Positions 11,570 to 23,552 of a stretch of DNA of 64,000 bases are shown here, one piece after another (the first letter of the stretch is position 1; every line of letters starts with the position of its first letter). The stretch comes from Carcharhinus longimanus (Eukaryota), in NCBI GenBank assembly GCA_030264375.1, contig JASCQW010000081.1:32582205-32646204 (forward strand), written 5' to 3'. Below the pieces are notes generated by a model that searched no databases, was not told the origin of the DNA, and saw only the letters and a program-made list of their open reading frames with translations. The translations under genes were made by a program, and so were the position numbers.

Positions 11570-12383
11570 CGTGGATGTGACTTTAGTGTACCTTTAAGAG
11601 ATTGTTTTTAAATCATACTCTCTGCAGCTCACAGCCCGAGCTGATGTCATTGCCGCTGAGCTGTCTAGTAGATGTCCTTTCATTGCTCCTTAAGTGGCTT
11701 AAATGGGGTCCTCAGGTACTTTCTGAGATTAATTTTATGGCCCTGCATTATTCAGAGGAAAACTAGTTGGCAGATAAGTTGACAGGAGTTCTTTCATTTT
11801 CAGTTCTGAGCTGCAGGTTAGGTTTTAGAAGGGACAGCAAGCTGAAAAGAAGTGTTCTCTCCTTGAATTCTGCTGGTTATCTGAAAACAAGGACTTGCCT
11901 TCCTGGAGTAGAACATCTGCTTGACCAGAGTCTACTTAGGGTTCTGAGAAGCTATTCTGACTTCAAACTGTTCTGGATGTGTCAAGAGCATTACTAGAAC
12001 TTACAAGACTGAGAGTTTTCAATTCTCCAACCAAAAGACTCAATTCCAGTATCATGTGAACATTAGACTCTGCTCTGTTGAACTTGCTTAAACACCTTTG
12101 TATATGAAAGATTTTGGTTTCATTGGAACACTGTAAATATATTTGTTGAAGGTTATACATCATTGTGATTGCTTTGTTTTTGTTTGTAATTGTTAAAAGT
12201 TATTGCTAATTTTTTCCATGCGTATTAACTATATTCTTAAATAAACTTTGTTTGATAAAAGCTCCCTAGTGAGTTATTTGAATCATACCCGAGGTGAACC
12301 ATATAATGCTTATCCTAGCCAAAGCATAAGATCTAGGTGGGCTCCATAAAACGCTTTGGAGTTTTTTGACCTGAACCATAACA
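11570..12383 (+). mobile_element. Probable solo LTR of an LTR retrotransposon
   Basis: About 810-bp unit ending ...ctgaaccataaca (CA terminus), AATAAA at about 12240, no internal ORF. The 5' TG end and TSD are not clean. Confidence 0.55.
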
Positions 12384-12864
12384 TAGAAATAACCTGCTTA
12401 TGTAATCTGCATATAAAGGAGATCTACGGTGAAGCAAAATCCAAGTCCTTGTGCTCAGGTCTCCTGTCCTGTACCTGCCAGTCAATATGCATCCGTCAAT
12501 ATCTTTGGTGCTTTTGCCTATTACATGTTTCAGCTCCAGATGTTTCATTCATTTAATGTAGGACTCATGAGGAACTATGCTAATAAAGTATAAATTCACC
12601 CAAATTAATGACAAACAAGTATAATAATGACATTTTATAGAGCTGTAATTTCTGATGAAGATTGTGTCAATCTCACTGAGATCACAATGCAGACAATTCC
12701 AATTCAATAAAAATATAAATATTTGCCACCACTTTGAAAAATATTAACACAAAATCAAATTAAAAAGACTTGGCATATGTTGCACTTTATTTATTGCATG
12801 TGTACGCATCTTAGCTATTTCAATCTTCACTGTGCAAATGTACCTGTCTTTTCACAAGATAAGT

Positions 12865-13171
12865 GGACAGCATGGTGGTACAATGGTTAGCACTGCTGCC
12901 TCACAGCACCAGGGATCTGGGTTCAAATCTTGCCTTGGGTCACTATGTGTGGAGTTTGCACATTCCCCCCATGTTTGCATGGGTTTCCTCCAGGTGCTCT
13001 GGTTTCCTTCCACGGTCCAAAAATGTGTGTGTTTGTTTGATTGGCCATCCTAAATTGCCCCTTAGTGTCAGGGTAAATAAGTGGGATTATGGTGATAGGG
13101 CCTGGGAGGGATTGTGGTCTGTGCAGACTTGATGGGCCAAGCCAAGCCTCCTTCTGCACTGTGGGGATTCT
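12865..13171 (+). mobile_element. HE1-type V-SINE (tail A)
   Basis: Head, V-domain and ttctgcactgtggggattcta tail. Confidence 0.9.
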
Positions 13172-13569
13172 AAATAATTTATTTTCTAGAAACCATTCTT
13201 ATTGAGAAAGGGTGGAAGTGAATCGGGGAGGTGAAAACTATGCGTAGTATTAAAAAGGAGGAAACAGGGGTCACCCCCATTGGCTGGAGAGCTGATGAGA
13301 AACCTATTGATGTTGCTTGTGGGACTTCCAGGAGGAGTCCCTTGATCAAAGGCATTCAGTATCTCACTTCCAGGAGGAGGCAACAGGGAAAGAGGGTCCT
13401 TGGAGAGCCACCCACTCTGCACTTACTGCTGATCCCCCCATCCCCGATCCCCCTTTCTCCCACCATCCCCCCATCTTGCCATAACTCACATGCAACCTGT
13501 GTCCTTCAGCAATCCTGGGTCTTTGTATCTTTTTCCCATCGGAATAAGGTGGTAGAGAGAATGTCCAGG

Positions 13570-13814
13570 GTGCAAAAGTCTGAGGATACGTACCAATTGA
13601 CTCAAGAACAGCTTCTTCCCTGCTGCCATCAGACATTTGAATGGATCTATCTCACATTAAGCTGATCTTTCTCTACACCCTACTATGACTGTAACACTAC
13701 ATTCTGCACTCTCTCCTTTCCTACTCTGTGAACGGTATCCTTTGTCTGGGGTGCAAGAAACAATGCTTTTCACTGTATACCAATACATCTGACAATAATA
13801 AATTAAATTAAATT
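13570..13814 (+). mobile_element. Rex1/Babar-like LINE 3' end
   Basis: Encodes RTN*LKNSFFPAAIRHLN (typical ORF C-terminus), followed by a 3' UTR and an aataaattaaattaaatt tail. Confidence 0.65.
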
Positions 13815-14469
13815 TGGTGGGTGCCTTGCTGGCAGCAGCCACCTCTCCTGCTGCCGTTGCCGAGTTAGGCATAATTGCTAGCCTCCAATTGGGAATACTA
13901 GCCTCGGGAGTCCTTCATCCCAGCAAAGGCTCACTGCTTCCCAGTTAAGTGCATGGTTGGCAGTTAATTTGACAGCCCTTCCCAAAAGGAGGCAATACAG
14001 GTTCTCACTGGCTCTCCAACCAACGAGCAAAACTCCATTGCTGTCGTTTAATATTGCCCTATGTGTGGGTAGGAGAGGGAGATTTTAATGGGTGGCGTTT
14101 ATGATGAGGTATTGGCCTGATGTGAGAAGTGCAGATTGGACAAGCACAGAAAGTAATTTCCTGATGTACACTCGAGGTGCCTGCTGAGGGTGAAGTCGTC
14201 CCTCAAAGGTGTTTCAGGACCAGATCCAAAGGGGTATCTTACCAATCCAGGAGCAAACTGGCTATCCAATCATATTCACAAAGTTCAAACCTGCTCTTAC
14301 CAGGTGTAATGTGCACACTTTACGTTTCACACTCAAAGGCTATCAAGATCCCACTCAAGTGAAGCCGGCTTATGATTTAAACAGCCAGCAGCATCTGTCA
14401 CATGGGGGTGTGTGAAACATGTCCTAGTCTCACACAAAAGGGAATCTCCGTGTTTGAGGCTGGATTTAA

Positions 14470-14667
14470 GGGGTGAGATTCTCTGGCCTCCCAGCTGCTT
14501 GTTTCCCTCCAACAATGAGGTGGTGTGCTGTTTGCTAGCGATGGGACCAGCCACTCCCACTGCAGTCAATGGGAATTCCCACTGATTTCACCTCACGTTG
14601 GTGGGAAATCCATGCCCTGGTGGGACCGGAAACTCCACTGACGTGAATGGCCAGAGAATTCCGGCCA
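14470..14667. mobile_element. About 200-bp Harbinger-like MITE
   Basis: TIRs ggggtgagattctctggcc / ggccagagaattccggcc; flanked by TAA and TGA. Confidence 0.7.
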
Positions 14668-15384
14668 TGATTTTTGGTCAATTCTGCCATTTTCACGACC
14701 ACAAAGAAGATCTCCATCCTTGTGAACATCTGAGCCCACTTCACATTCCTCTTGCCCCATTCTACTCGATCTCTCCTCCGTGGGCAATCCTCTCCTCCCA
14801 GGTGATCAATGTAGTGAAAAATGTTGCATCAACTCCTCTCAGGCAATGTGTCCTTCCTTGGCTTAAGAGACCAAAACCGTACACAGCGCTCCTGATGTGG
14901 TCTCATTGAAGACCTATAAAATTGCAGCAAGACATCCTTAATCTTAGGCATGGTTTTTCTCTCCTAGGTTGGCTGCGCAGAGACGGAAAAGTACCTGGCT
15001 CTGTGAACACAATCTTTAAAAACGGCTGTCCAAATTTCTGTTTTTCCATCTGGGGAGGCAGGCTAGAACAGGAGTTGGAGCAGGCAACCCTGGAAGTAGT
15101 AAGAGATTGGAGTCAAGATTGGCAAGGATTGGGCAACTCAGGTGCAGATATAAAGTGGTCACTTAGAAAGACCCATTTGAAAGATAGGTCATCAATGGTG
15201 ACATTCTGTGCCGAGGAGGAAGTCATTGCCTTGTCAGGTAAGTGTCAAATTTGTAAATTTTGTTCAAATGTTAGCTGATCCTGTGCAAAAAACAGAAGCT
15301 AATTACCATCTCAGCAGAAACCATCTCATGTGAGTTATATCCCAGATATGTTCATGTTTTCTCCTGCCAGAAATACACAAGGGG

Positions 15385-15583
15385 TTGGTTCCCTCCAGAT
15401 GTTCCGGTTTCCTCCCATAGTCCAAAAGATATGCTGGTTAGATGCATTAGCTGTGTTAAATTCTCCCTCAGTGTATCCGAACAGGTACCAGCATGTGGCG
15501 ATTCGGGGATTTTCACAGTAACTTCATTGCAGTCTTAATTTAAGCCGACTTGTGACAATAGTAAATAAACTTAAAAACTTAAA
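15385..15583 (+). mobile_element. 5'-truncated V-SINE (tail B)
   Basis: tccggtttcctcccatagtccaaaaga...ttttcacagtaacttcattgcag...aaataaact. Confidence 0.85.
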
Positions 15584-16864
15584 CAATTGTTTGTGGTATA
15601 GAAAGATAATAGTTAATAAATCTTTTACTTCAAACAATTTAGTAATAGTTACATTAGCAAGTCTTGTTTAAGGCAAGAAGCTTTGGAATAAGTAACTACA
15701 ACCATTTATATAAAGGCCATTTTTCAAAGGGTTTGGGAATAGAAACATCATGAAGTCTTATCTATGGCATGCAACTTTGACAGAGGTAAAATATGGTGTA
15801 TAATGGAATATGATTTTCAACTGTTCATGAGAGGGCTCCAAAGACTGTACTTTGTCAAGCAGCTTCCAACCCATCCTAGGTGTCAATGAAATCTGTTCCA
15901 TATGTTACACTTATCAAGCGCCACATGTTCACTAGAAATGGGTTATAATCAGAGGGAGGATGGGTGTTGAATGCTATCAGACCTCAACATTAAAGGATTA
16001 CTGTCTGTCTGGGCTGAGGCATACCCTGTTGCGTAGTGGGGCTGATAATTTGGCTTTCGTACAATGACTGGGGACTGCTGCTCTTTAAGGGCTACGTGTG
16101 CCTCACTGCATTGAGCTGATCTTGCACCATAACACAAGGTCAATTCATTCACATAATGTCATGGCATTCCCAGGACACAGCACTTTGCTGTAATCTTGCT
16201 GCTGTAGCACATAGGGGGGATATGTAGCAAATGTTATGTATTTTCCAAGTGCACAGGGAGGCCTGAGTATTAAAGCAACACGTTGCATTGTGACTGTGAC
16301 AGTGCTTTTCCCCCTTGTACTCTATTAAATGTGACAAGCATCAAACATAAAGCATATTGGCAGCACGAGGTACTGGCAGGCAGCACATTCTGCTCTGTGG
16401 TTACTGACCGGGTTATATATTGTCAGATTCCTTACTCCAATGTCTTTTCCTTTCTGTTTTCTTGGAAGAGAAATACACACAACCAATGTCTTACCAGCAG
16501 AGAGAAGGGGTAGGGGAGGTGGGCACAATTATGCTGTGACTCCTGATTCTTTTTATGGAGAAAGACCTAGTATAAGGATAATGAAGTGGAGAAAAGATCA
16601 GCTCAAGAGGATTTACCCAAGGTTGTGGCTGGTATCATCCTACGCATTACATTTCCTACTAACTGGCATGTACTGTCACTGCAATATACTAAAATACCTT
16701 GCTTATTCAATTCTCTTTCAACGTGGGTTGTGTAGGAAGATGCACATAATTAGGACAAAGAATTGGAGGAAGATCTGAAGGAAGATGTATATAAGTGGGA
16801 TAAAGACTTATGGGAAACATAGACTGAAGCATTAACAATGGAAATACGGAATACTGATGTGAAT

Positions 16865-17495
16865 TTTTTTATATTTGTTCATGAGCGATGGATATCGCTG
16901 GCTGGACCAGCACTTATTGCTCATTCCTAGTTGCTCTTGGGAAGATGGTGGTGAGCTGCCTTCTTGAACCGCTGCAATCCACTGGTGAAGGTATAGCCAC
17001 AGCGCTTTTAGGAATGGAGTTCCAGGATTTTGACCCAGCGAAGGAGTGGTGATATATTTCTGAGTCAGGATGGGAAGTTCCAGGTGATATGTTCCCATGT
17101 GTCTGTTGCCCTTGTCCTTCCAGTGGAAATGGTCATGGGTTTGGAAGGTGCTGCCTAAGGAGGCATGGTTTGATGCTGCAGTGCATCTTGCAGATGGCAT
17201 ACACTGCTGCCACTGTGTCTCGGTGGTGGAGGCAGCGGATGTTTTTGGATGTGGTGCCAATCAAGTGGGCTGCTTTGTCCGGGATGGTGTCAAGCTTCCT
17301 GAGTGTTGTTAGAACTGCACACATCCAGGCAAGTGGACAGTATTCCATTACACCTCTGCTTTGTGCCTTGTAAGTGGTGGACAGGCCTTGGGAAGTCAGG
17401 AGGTGAGATACTCACTGCAGGATTCCTAGCTTCTGACCTGCTCTTGTAGTCACAGTATTTATGTGAATAACACAGATCAATTTCTGGTCAATGCC
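16865..17495 (-). mobile_element. LINE RT C-terminus plus 3' UTR
   Basis: ORF 17133-17348 (MEYCPLAWMCAVLTTLRKLDTIPDKAAHLIG...RDTVAAVYAICKMHC) is a typical LINE ORF2 C-terminus. Confidence 0.85.
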
Positions 17496-17589
17496 CTACC
17501 AATCTGAAACACAAGTAGTTAACAAAGAAGAAGAAAAAATAATAAGGCCAACCAAAAACAAGAAGTAGAAGAAAAAGAAACAAATTATC

Positions 17590-18090
17590 TTCCAATGGGA
17601 AGTTAGTGAAACAGGAAATCATTATTGGAGCACTAAAGTAGAAATGGATGGAAAACAGGCACAGTTGTTTCAGTCTTATCTGATGAAGAAAAATAGCTTA
17701 AGTATATCATGCTGCAGCCATCATTTATCTAGTTACAATGTCCAGGAGGGACTACACTGAAAGATTAAGGTGCAAGGATAAAGAACTCACTGAATCGTTG
17801 TACATCATACAGATCCAAGAATCTTCATTATTAAGTAAGAAGCATGCTCAGAGTTGAATCTGATCCACAAGATTGATGGAATTGCTGATGAACAATCCAA
17901 TAATATATACTGGAATGAATTCCAAACATTATTTTCAGGATTCCAAAAGCTGAAGACAGAACACCATGCAACACTAGGAACGGATTCTCAGCCAATTCAG
18001 CTTAGCCAAAGCAAGCCAAGGAAAGTCCCTCACCAACTCGGACATTAGCAAGATTGAGCATCTGTTACAGCAGGGGGTTATCTCCAATTA
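17590..18090 (+). mobile_element. Degenerate Gypsy/Ty3 pol fragment (protease to RT-start region)
   Basis: WSTKVEMDGKQAQL...SSLLSKKHA..LNLIHKID...EFQTLFSGFQKLKTEHHATLGTDSQPI..KPRKVPHQL...IEHLLQQGVIS resembles the vertebrate Gypsy pattern FP.LF.GLGKL...Y.I.L...P...PRKVP...LE.M..QGVIS. Confidence 0.7.
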
Positions 18091-18269
18091 AGTGGCTTCT
18101 ATGCCTAATGCCAGTCCATTCTTGAGCGGAAAAGTGTTCCTCTCATCCAATTTACATGAGACCTGTTATCACAGAATCCTAACAATGAGTGTGAAAATAT
18201 GCTGCATTGGTTGTTCCCAGGAAACATTTAAAGCAATCCATATTTTCTCTGCTATTCCCCTGTTTATGT

Positions 18270-18760
18270 TAAGGCTTGTTTATTAGCGTCACAAGTAGGC
18301 TTACATTAATACTGCAATGAAGTTACTGTGAAATTCCCCTAGTCGCCACACTCCAGCACCTGTTCGAGTACACTATGGGAGAATTTAACATGGCCAATGC
18401 ACCTAACCAGCATGTCTTTCCTGGGGAGGAAACTGGAGCACCTGGAGGAAACCCATGCAGACACGGGGAGAACTGTAGACTCTGCAGAGACAGTGACTGA
18501 AGCTGGGAATCGAACCCTGGCCCTTGGCATTGTGTAGAGATGCCAGCGTTTGACTGGGGCAAACACAGTAAGAAGTCTCACAATACCAGGTTAGAGTCCA
18601 ACCAGTTTATTTGATAGTAAACCCACAAGCTTTCAGAAACGGTGTTCTTTCATCAGGTGTGTGGATGGTTCTGATCAGAGAAGGGCAAATAAAGTCACAC
18701 ACAGTTTACAGAATACTGGATAGAGGCAGCAATGCTAACCACTGTGCCACCGTGCTGCTC
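18270..18760 (-). mobile_element. V-SINE (tail B) interrupted by a Penelope-like repeat end (about 18535-18720)
   Basis: The SINE head is split between cccttggcattgtg and gaggcagcaatgctaacc. The insert reads, on the minus strand, cacctgatgaaagaacaccgtttctgaaagcttgtg..aataaactggttggactctaacctggtattgtgagacttcttactgtg. Confidence 0.75.
18624..18659 (-). ncRNA. Minimal type I hammerhead-ribozyme-like motif in the Penelope-like insert
   Basis: CAC-CUGAUGA-A-AGAA(caccgu)UUCU-GAAA-GC-UU-GUG: conserved core boxes, short stem II, palindromic AAGCUU stem III and a CAC/GUG stem I. Confidence 0.5.
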
Positions 18761-20298
18761 TTGCTGATAGGTACTCAATAAAGAATAAGGAAATAAAGAA
18801 TGGTGACCCACCCACAAGAACAGCCACCCCCAGGTGGCAGCAGCTCAGAAGCCTCAGCGATGCAGTCCCGAGAAATGGCCATTGCTGGGGCTGCACCTAC
18901 TGGTGCATTGATGGCCCCATGTACTGGAATACAAATAGGGTCTGGGGATGCCATGGTCAGTCAGAAAGCCCCCGTGAAGGTGGGGCTGGGGGTTATTGAG
19001 GGCAGAAAGGGAAGTGTCATTACAGTTGAGGAGCCATTGCTTCCAGCGGCCTCTCTCTAAACAATGGAGTTCCCAAAAAGAAAAAAGGGCCACCCCACAG
19101 GAACACATAAATAAATCTAAGATTCACTGGGTGAATATCTCGTGGTAGATAGACAGCCTTGCTGCAATTGAAATGTCTGGAATCAGGAAGAGGCCCTTAA
19201 TTTTGTGTGAAAATCATGGAATTTTCCCCTATTAGCACCGTGGGTGTACCTACACCACATGGATACCAGAGGCTTAAGAAGGTAGTTCACCTTCTCAAGG
19301 GCAATTCGGAATGGGCAACAAATGCCAATGAATGAAAGTCCACATCCCATGAATGAATTTTTAAAAAATGACCACTTCACTGATTCATTTGGTCTCCCAG
19401 CTGATGGCTTGTCTCCTATCTCCTCTACCCGTGGAAAAATGTCATTGCATTGGGAAGCTGTCAGGTACAACTCTCCCAGTACCTTGCTGCAACATGTGGC
19501 CAGCCTCCTGCCTCCCAACCCATCAGCAAGAGGCGGGCAAAGTTCCAGCAACCTCTGATGGTCTAGTGTTGCACCAAAGGAGCACATACTTAAAGAAGCA
19601 TTGGGTAGTTAATAAGTTGCAGGAAAGTAGATGCGATGAATCACAGGGTCAGAGAGAGAAGAGAAAGAGCAGCAACCTGCTGGGCAAGTGCTCGCTTAGC
19701 TGTCAGGAGGAGGATCTGAACCTCACAGGACCTGCCAACAAGCACAGTTTGGTAGCTTAGCATCAGCATTTTAAGCAGCCCTTTGAACATTTTCCAAGCA
19801 GCCTGTGCAATTTAAACAGCCCATAGAGGACTCCACAGCCACATCCCTCGTTCTGTTTGACTGTCTAACCAAATTGCAGGTTGTGCTAAGGGGAGTGTAA
19901 CCATCTCAGAGCCCATGCAGCAGAGATCCCTTTACTAATTAGTTCAGCTTCCTTAATAAGCACCAGAACTCGGGATCCACAGATTGGCCAGTGATCTAAA
20001 GTTGTCTCTGTATTCACCACATTGAAATGATAACTGAGCTTCATTATTGCCCAGTGTACCTGTCCCTTTACCTGCACCAGCAGGCTAATAGCAGTGGGAA
20101 CATGGATTGCTGTAAACATGTATCCTGGTAACAGCTAGTGCAGTGCACATTAACATTTATTATGATGGATTTCTGTGATAATAGACCTGATGCATATTGA
20201 TGGAGTCAAAACTCTTTCTGCCCATTAATGAAGGGCGTTAAGAGTATGATCCTGCCTTTAATAATTAGGGAGTCCAGCCAGACTGCAAAATTTATTCT

Positions 20299-22220
20299 CA
20301 TAGAGTCATAGAGGTTTGCAGCATGGAAACAGGCCCTTCTGCCCAACTTGTCCATGCTGCCCTTTTTTTAAAACCCCTAAGCTAATCCCAATTAAGGCAA
20401 TAAGACATCAGAGCAGAATTAGGCCACTCGGCCCATCGAGTCTGCTCTGCCATTCAAACACGGCTCACACTTTCCCACATTGTATTCCATCTGCCCCTTC
20501 TCTGCCCGCTCTCCGAACCTGTCCAAGTACTTCTGCAGCCCCCCTGCTTCCCCAGTACTACCCCTGTCCCTCTACACATCTTTGTACCATCTGCAAACTT
20601 AGCAACAGCGCCTTCAGTTCCTTCCTCCAAATCGTTAACACGTGGTGTGAAAAGTTATGATCCCAGCACTGACCCCCTGAGGCACACTACTCGTCACCGG
20701 CTGCCATCCTGAGAAAGACCCCTTCATCCCCACTCTATGCTTTCTGCTAGTCAGCCAATCCTCTATCCATGCCAGGATCTTACCCTTAACACCCTGGGCT
20801 AACTTATTTAACAATCTCCTATGTGGCACCTTGTCAAAGGCCTTCTGGAAATCCCAACTGCCCGCATTTGCCCCATATCCCTCTATACCCATCTTACCCA
20901 TGTAACTGTCTAAGTGCTTTTTAAAAGACAAAATTGTACCCACCTCTACTACTGGCAGCTTGTTCCAGATGCTCACCATAATCTGAATGAAACAATTGTC
21001 CCTCTGGAGCCTTTTGTATCTCTCCCCTCTCACCTTAAACCTATGCCCTCTGGTCTCAGACTCCCCTACCTTTGGGAAAAGAAGTTGACTCTTCACTTTA
21101 TCTATGCCTCTCATTATTTTACAGATCTCTATAAGATCACCCCTAAGCTCCCTACACTCCAGGGAAAGAAGTTCCAATCTATCCAGGCTGTCCTCATTAC
21201 CCAAACCGTCAAGTCCCACTAGCATCCTAGTAAATCTTTTGTGCACTCTTTCTAGTTTATATCCTTTTTATAATATGGTGACCAGAACTGTACATAGTAT
21301 TCCAAGTGCGGCTTTACCAATGTCTTGTACAGCTTCAACAAGATGTCCCAACTGCTGTATTCAATGTTCTCGGCAATGAAACCAGGTAAGCTGAATGCCT
21401 TCTTCACCGCTCTGTCCACCTGCGAGCTGTGTCCACTTTCGAGGAGCTATGAACATTTAAGGAGCTTTCCCCCAACATCACCTGAGTAGGTTCTACCCCG
21501 ATTCGATCTACCAAAATGCATCACTCAACATTTATCTAAATTAAACTCCATCTGCCATTCATCAGCCCACTGGCCCAGTCAATCAAGATCCCATTGCAAT
21601 CCAGATGACCTTCTTCACTGTCCACTATGTCACTAATCTTGGTGTCACCTGCAAACTTACTAACCGTGCCTCCTAAATTCTCATCCAAATCATTAATATT
21701 AATAACAAAAAATAGTGGACCCAGCACCGATCCCTGAGGCACACAGCTGGTCACAGGCTTGCAGTTTGAAAAACAACCTTCTACAACCACCCTCTGGCTT
21801 CTGTCATCAAGCCAATTTTGTATCCAATTGGGTACCTCATACTGGACCCCGTGAGATTTAACCTTATGCAACAACGTACCATGAGGTACGTTGTCAAAGG
21901 CCTTGCTAAAGGCATCCATGTAGACAATGTCGACTACACTGCCCTCATCTACCTTCTTGGTCCCCCCTTCAAAAACCCAATCAAATTTGTGAAACACGAT
22001 TTTCCATTTACAAAACCATGCTGACCATCCCCGATCAATCCTTGCCTCTCTAAATGCCTGTAGATCCTGTCTCTTAAATTACCTTCAAACAACATACCCA
22101 CAACAGATGTTAGGCTCACTGGCCTGTATTTCCCAGGTCTTTCCGTGCAGCCTTTCTTAAACAAACACACAACAATTGCTACCCTCCAATCCTCAGGCAC
22201 CTCATCTGTGGTTGTTGATG
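20299..22220 (-). mobile_element. CR1 LINE (RT plus 3' UTR, frameshifted) with a second, internally deleted CR1 nested at about 20392-20849
   Basis: ORFs show VPEDWRVAIVVCLFKKG..PGKYRPVSLTS, FSKAFDNVPHGTL, VPQGSVLGPLFF..INDLD..KFAGDTK and ETRGHRFK. aatcccaa is repeated at 20384-20391 and 20850-20857. Confidence 0.92.
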
Positions 22221-22229
22221 AGGTACTGT

Positions 22230-22850
22230 GAAGAAAACTGATGAAGATGAAATCTCTCAGAAGAAAATATCCTACATGAGCAGAAATGTCATCAAGAAGC
22301 TTTAATGGCCTCCCACAACCATCTGTCCCAACTATATGCTGCCAGTTTTTCAGTGGTATATTGGAGAGCTTGGTGATGCTTAGCAAGGGCACCCTTGATT
22401 AAATTAACTAAATGCTAGCTCTGGAAGGTTTTTCACTCTGGTTGATTTAATTAAGCCAGGACATCAGGTTTATTAATAAACTTTGTCTAGTTGATGTTAG
22501 AATATTTCAAGCAAGCACACTTTCCATTTGCATACATGATGAACACCATGACAAAAATGTCAACAGCAAGTGTGTAAAGCAATGGTGTATTTGGTTAATT
22601 TACCTGAGGGGCTACGATTCCAGTTGTCAACATGATTAAGTGGGTTGAGCTAAAGCCTATATTTGCCTAAATGCTGGGTGGATTTTTGTAGGAACATCTA
22701 GAACATGTGAAGAAGGCTCTAGATCCACAGAGACTAAGTGTTCTTTTTCCACAAAGAAAAATATTGTCAATAATTTACTGGGCATGTTTTAGCTTGAAAA
22801 GGAGATTGAAATTGAAGAATTCCAAGGTGGAATCTCGAGGCTATACTGGC
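22230..22850 (+). mobile_element. Highly eroded Gypsy/Ty3 reverse transcriptase fossil
   Basis: Ordered motifs across frames: YAASFSVV, GRFFTLVDLIKPGHQV (cf. YFSTLDL.KGYHQV), EHLEHVKKALD, KCSF, GHVL, IEI..SKVES. Confidence 0.55.
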
Positions 22851-23352
22851 TCTTGGCTGCTTAAGGATAGATGAAAGGAACGTCTCATTCCAGTTTTGGT
22901 ACAAGACAGAATCTGGACACGATAAAAGTACAAATTCTCTCTCTTCCTGACAGTGGAAGATTTTTATGCTGGGCTAGTTTTCAGCTGGCAAGCAGAGCTG
23001 AAGTTCACCCAGTGCTTTAGAAATGAGATACAGGATATTTGAAATCTCAGACCTCATTCGAATCCCTGTGCCAGGATTACGACACATTCTATCTGGGCTT
23101 CTCTCATAGTCCAGGAGTTGTCCACTGACAGCAGGGAAGTGGCAGGATTCGCTGCTGGACCATCACATTTCACAACAGTTCTCCCTGGCCACACAAGTCA
23201 AACAGGAGAAAAGGTGAAAAATGGACTTTTCCGGGCTGCCTCTGTCCCTGACGCTCTTCACCACTGGACGCTTGAGAAACACATCCACATTAACAACACA
23301 AGCCGCCCAGTAGAAACTTCAGGCCGGTTTCTATGATGTCATTAGAATCTGT

Positions 23353-23552
23353 GGGCAGCACAGTGGCACAGTGGTTAGCACTGCCACCTCACAGTGCCAG
23401 GGACCCGGGTTTAATTCCGGCCTTGGGTGACTGTGTGGAGTTTGCAAGATCTTCACATGTATATGTGGGTTTCCTCCAGGTGATCTGGTTTCCTCCCACA
23501 GTCTAAAGGGTTAGATTGATTGGCCATGGTATATTATCCCTTAGTGTCAAGG
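23353..23552 (+). mobile_element. 3'-truncated V-SINE
   Basis: gggcagcacagtggcacagtggttagcactg head and V-domain. Confidence 0.88.

Noticed and set aside
14177-14415. Two overlapping protein-looking ORFs
   Set aside because: No family resemblance and no consistent splice sites; the lengths are within chance expectation.
20635-21246. Longest ORF (203 aa) as a functional reverse transcriptase
   Set aside because: It is a chimera of two nested CR1 fragments with domains out of order, and neighbouring RT parts are frameshifted.
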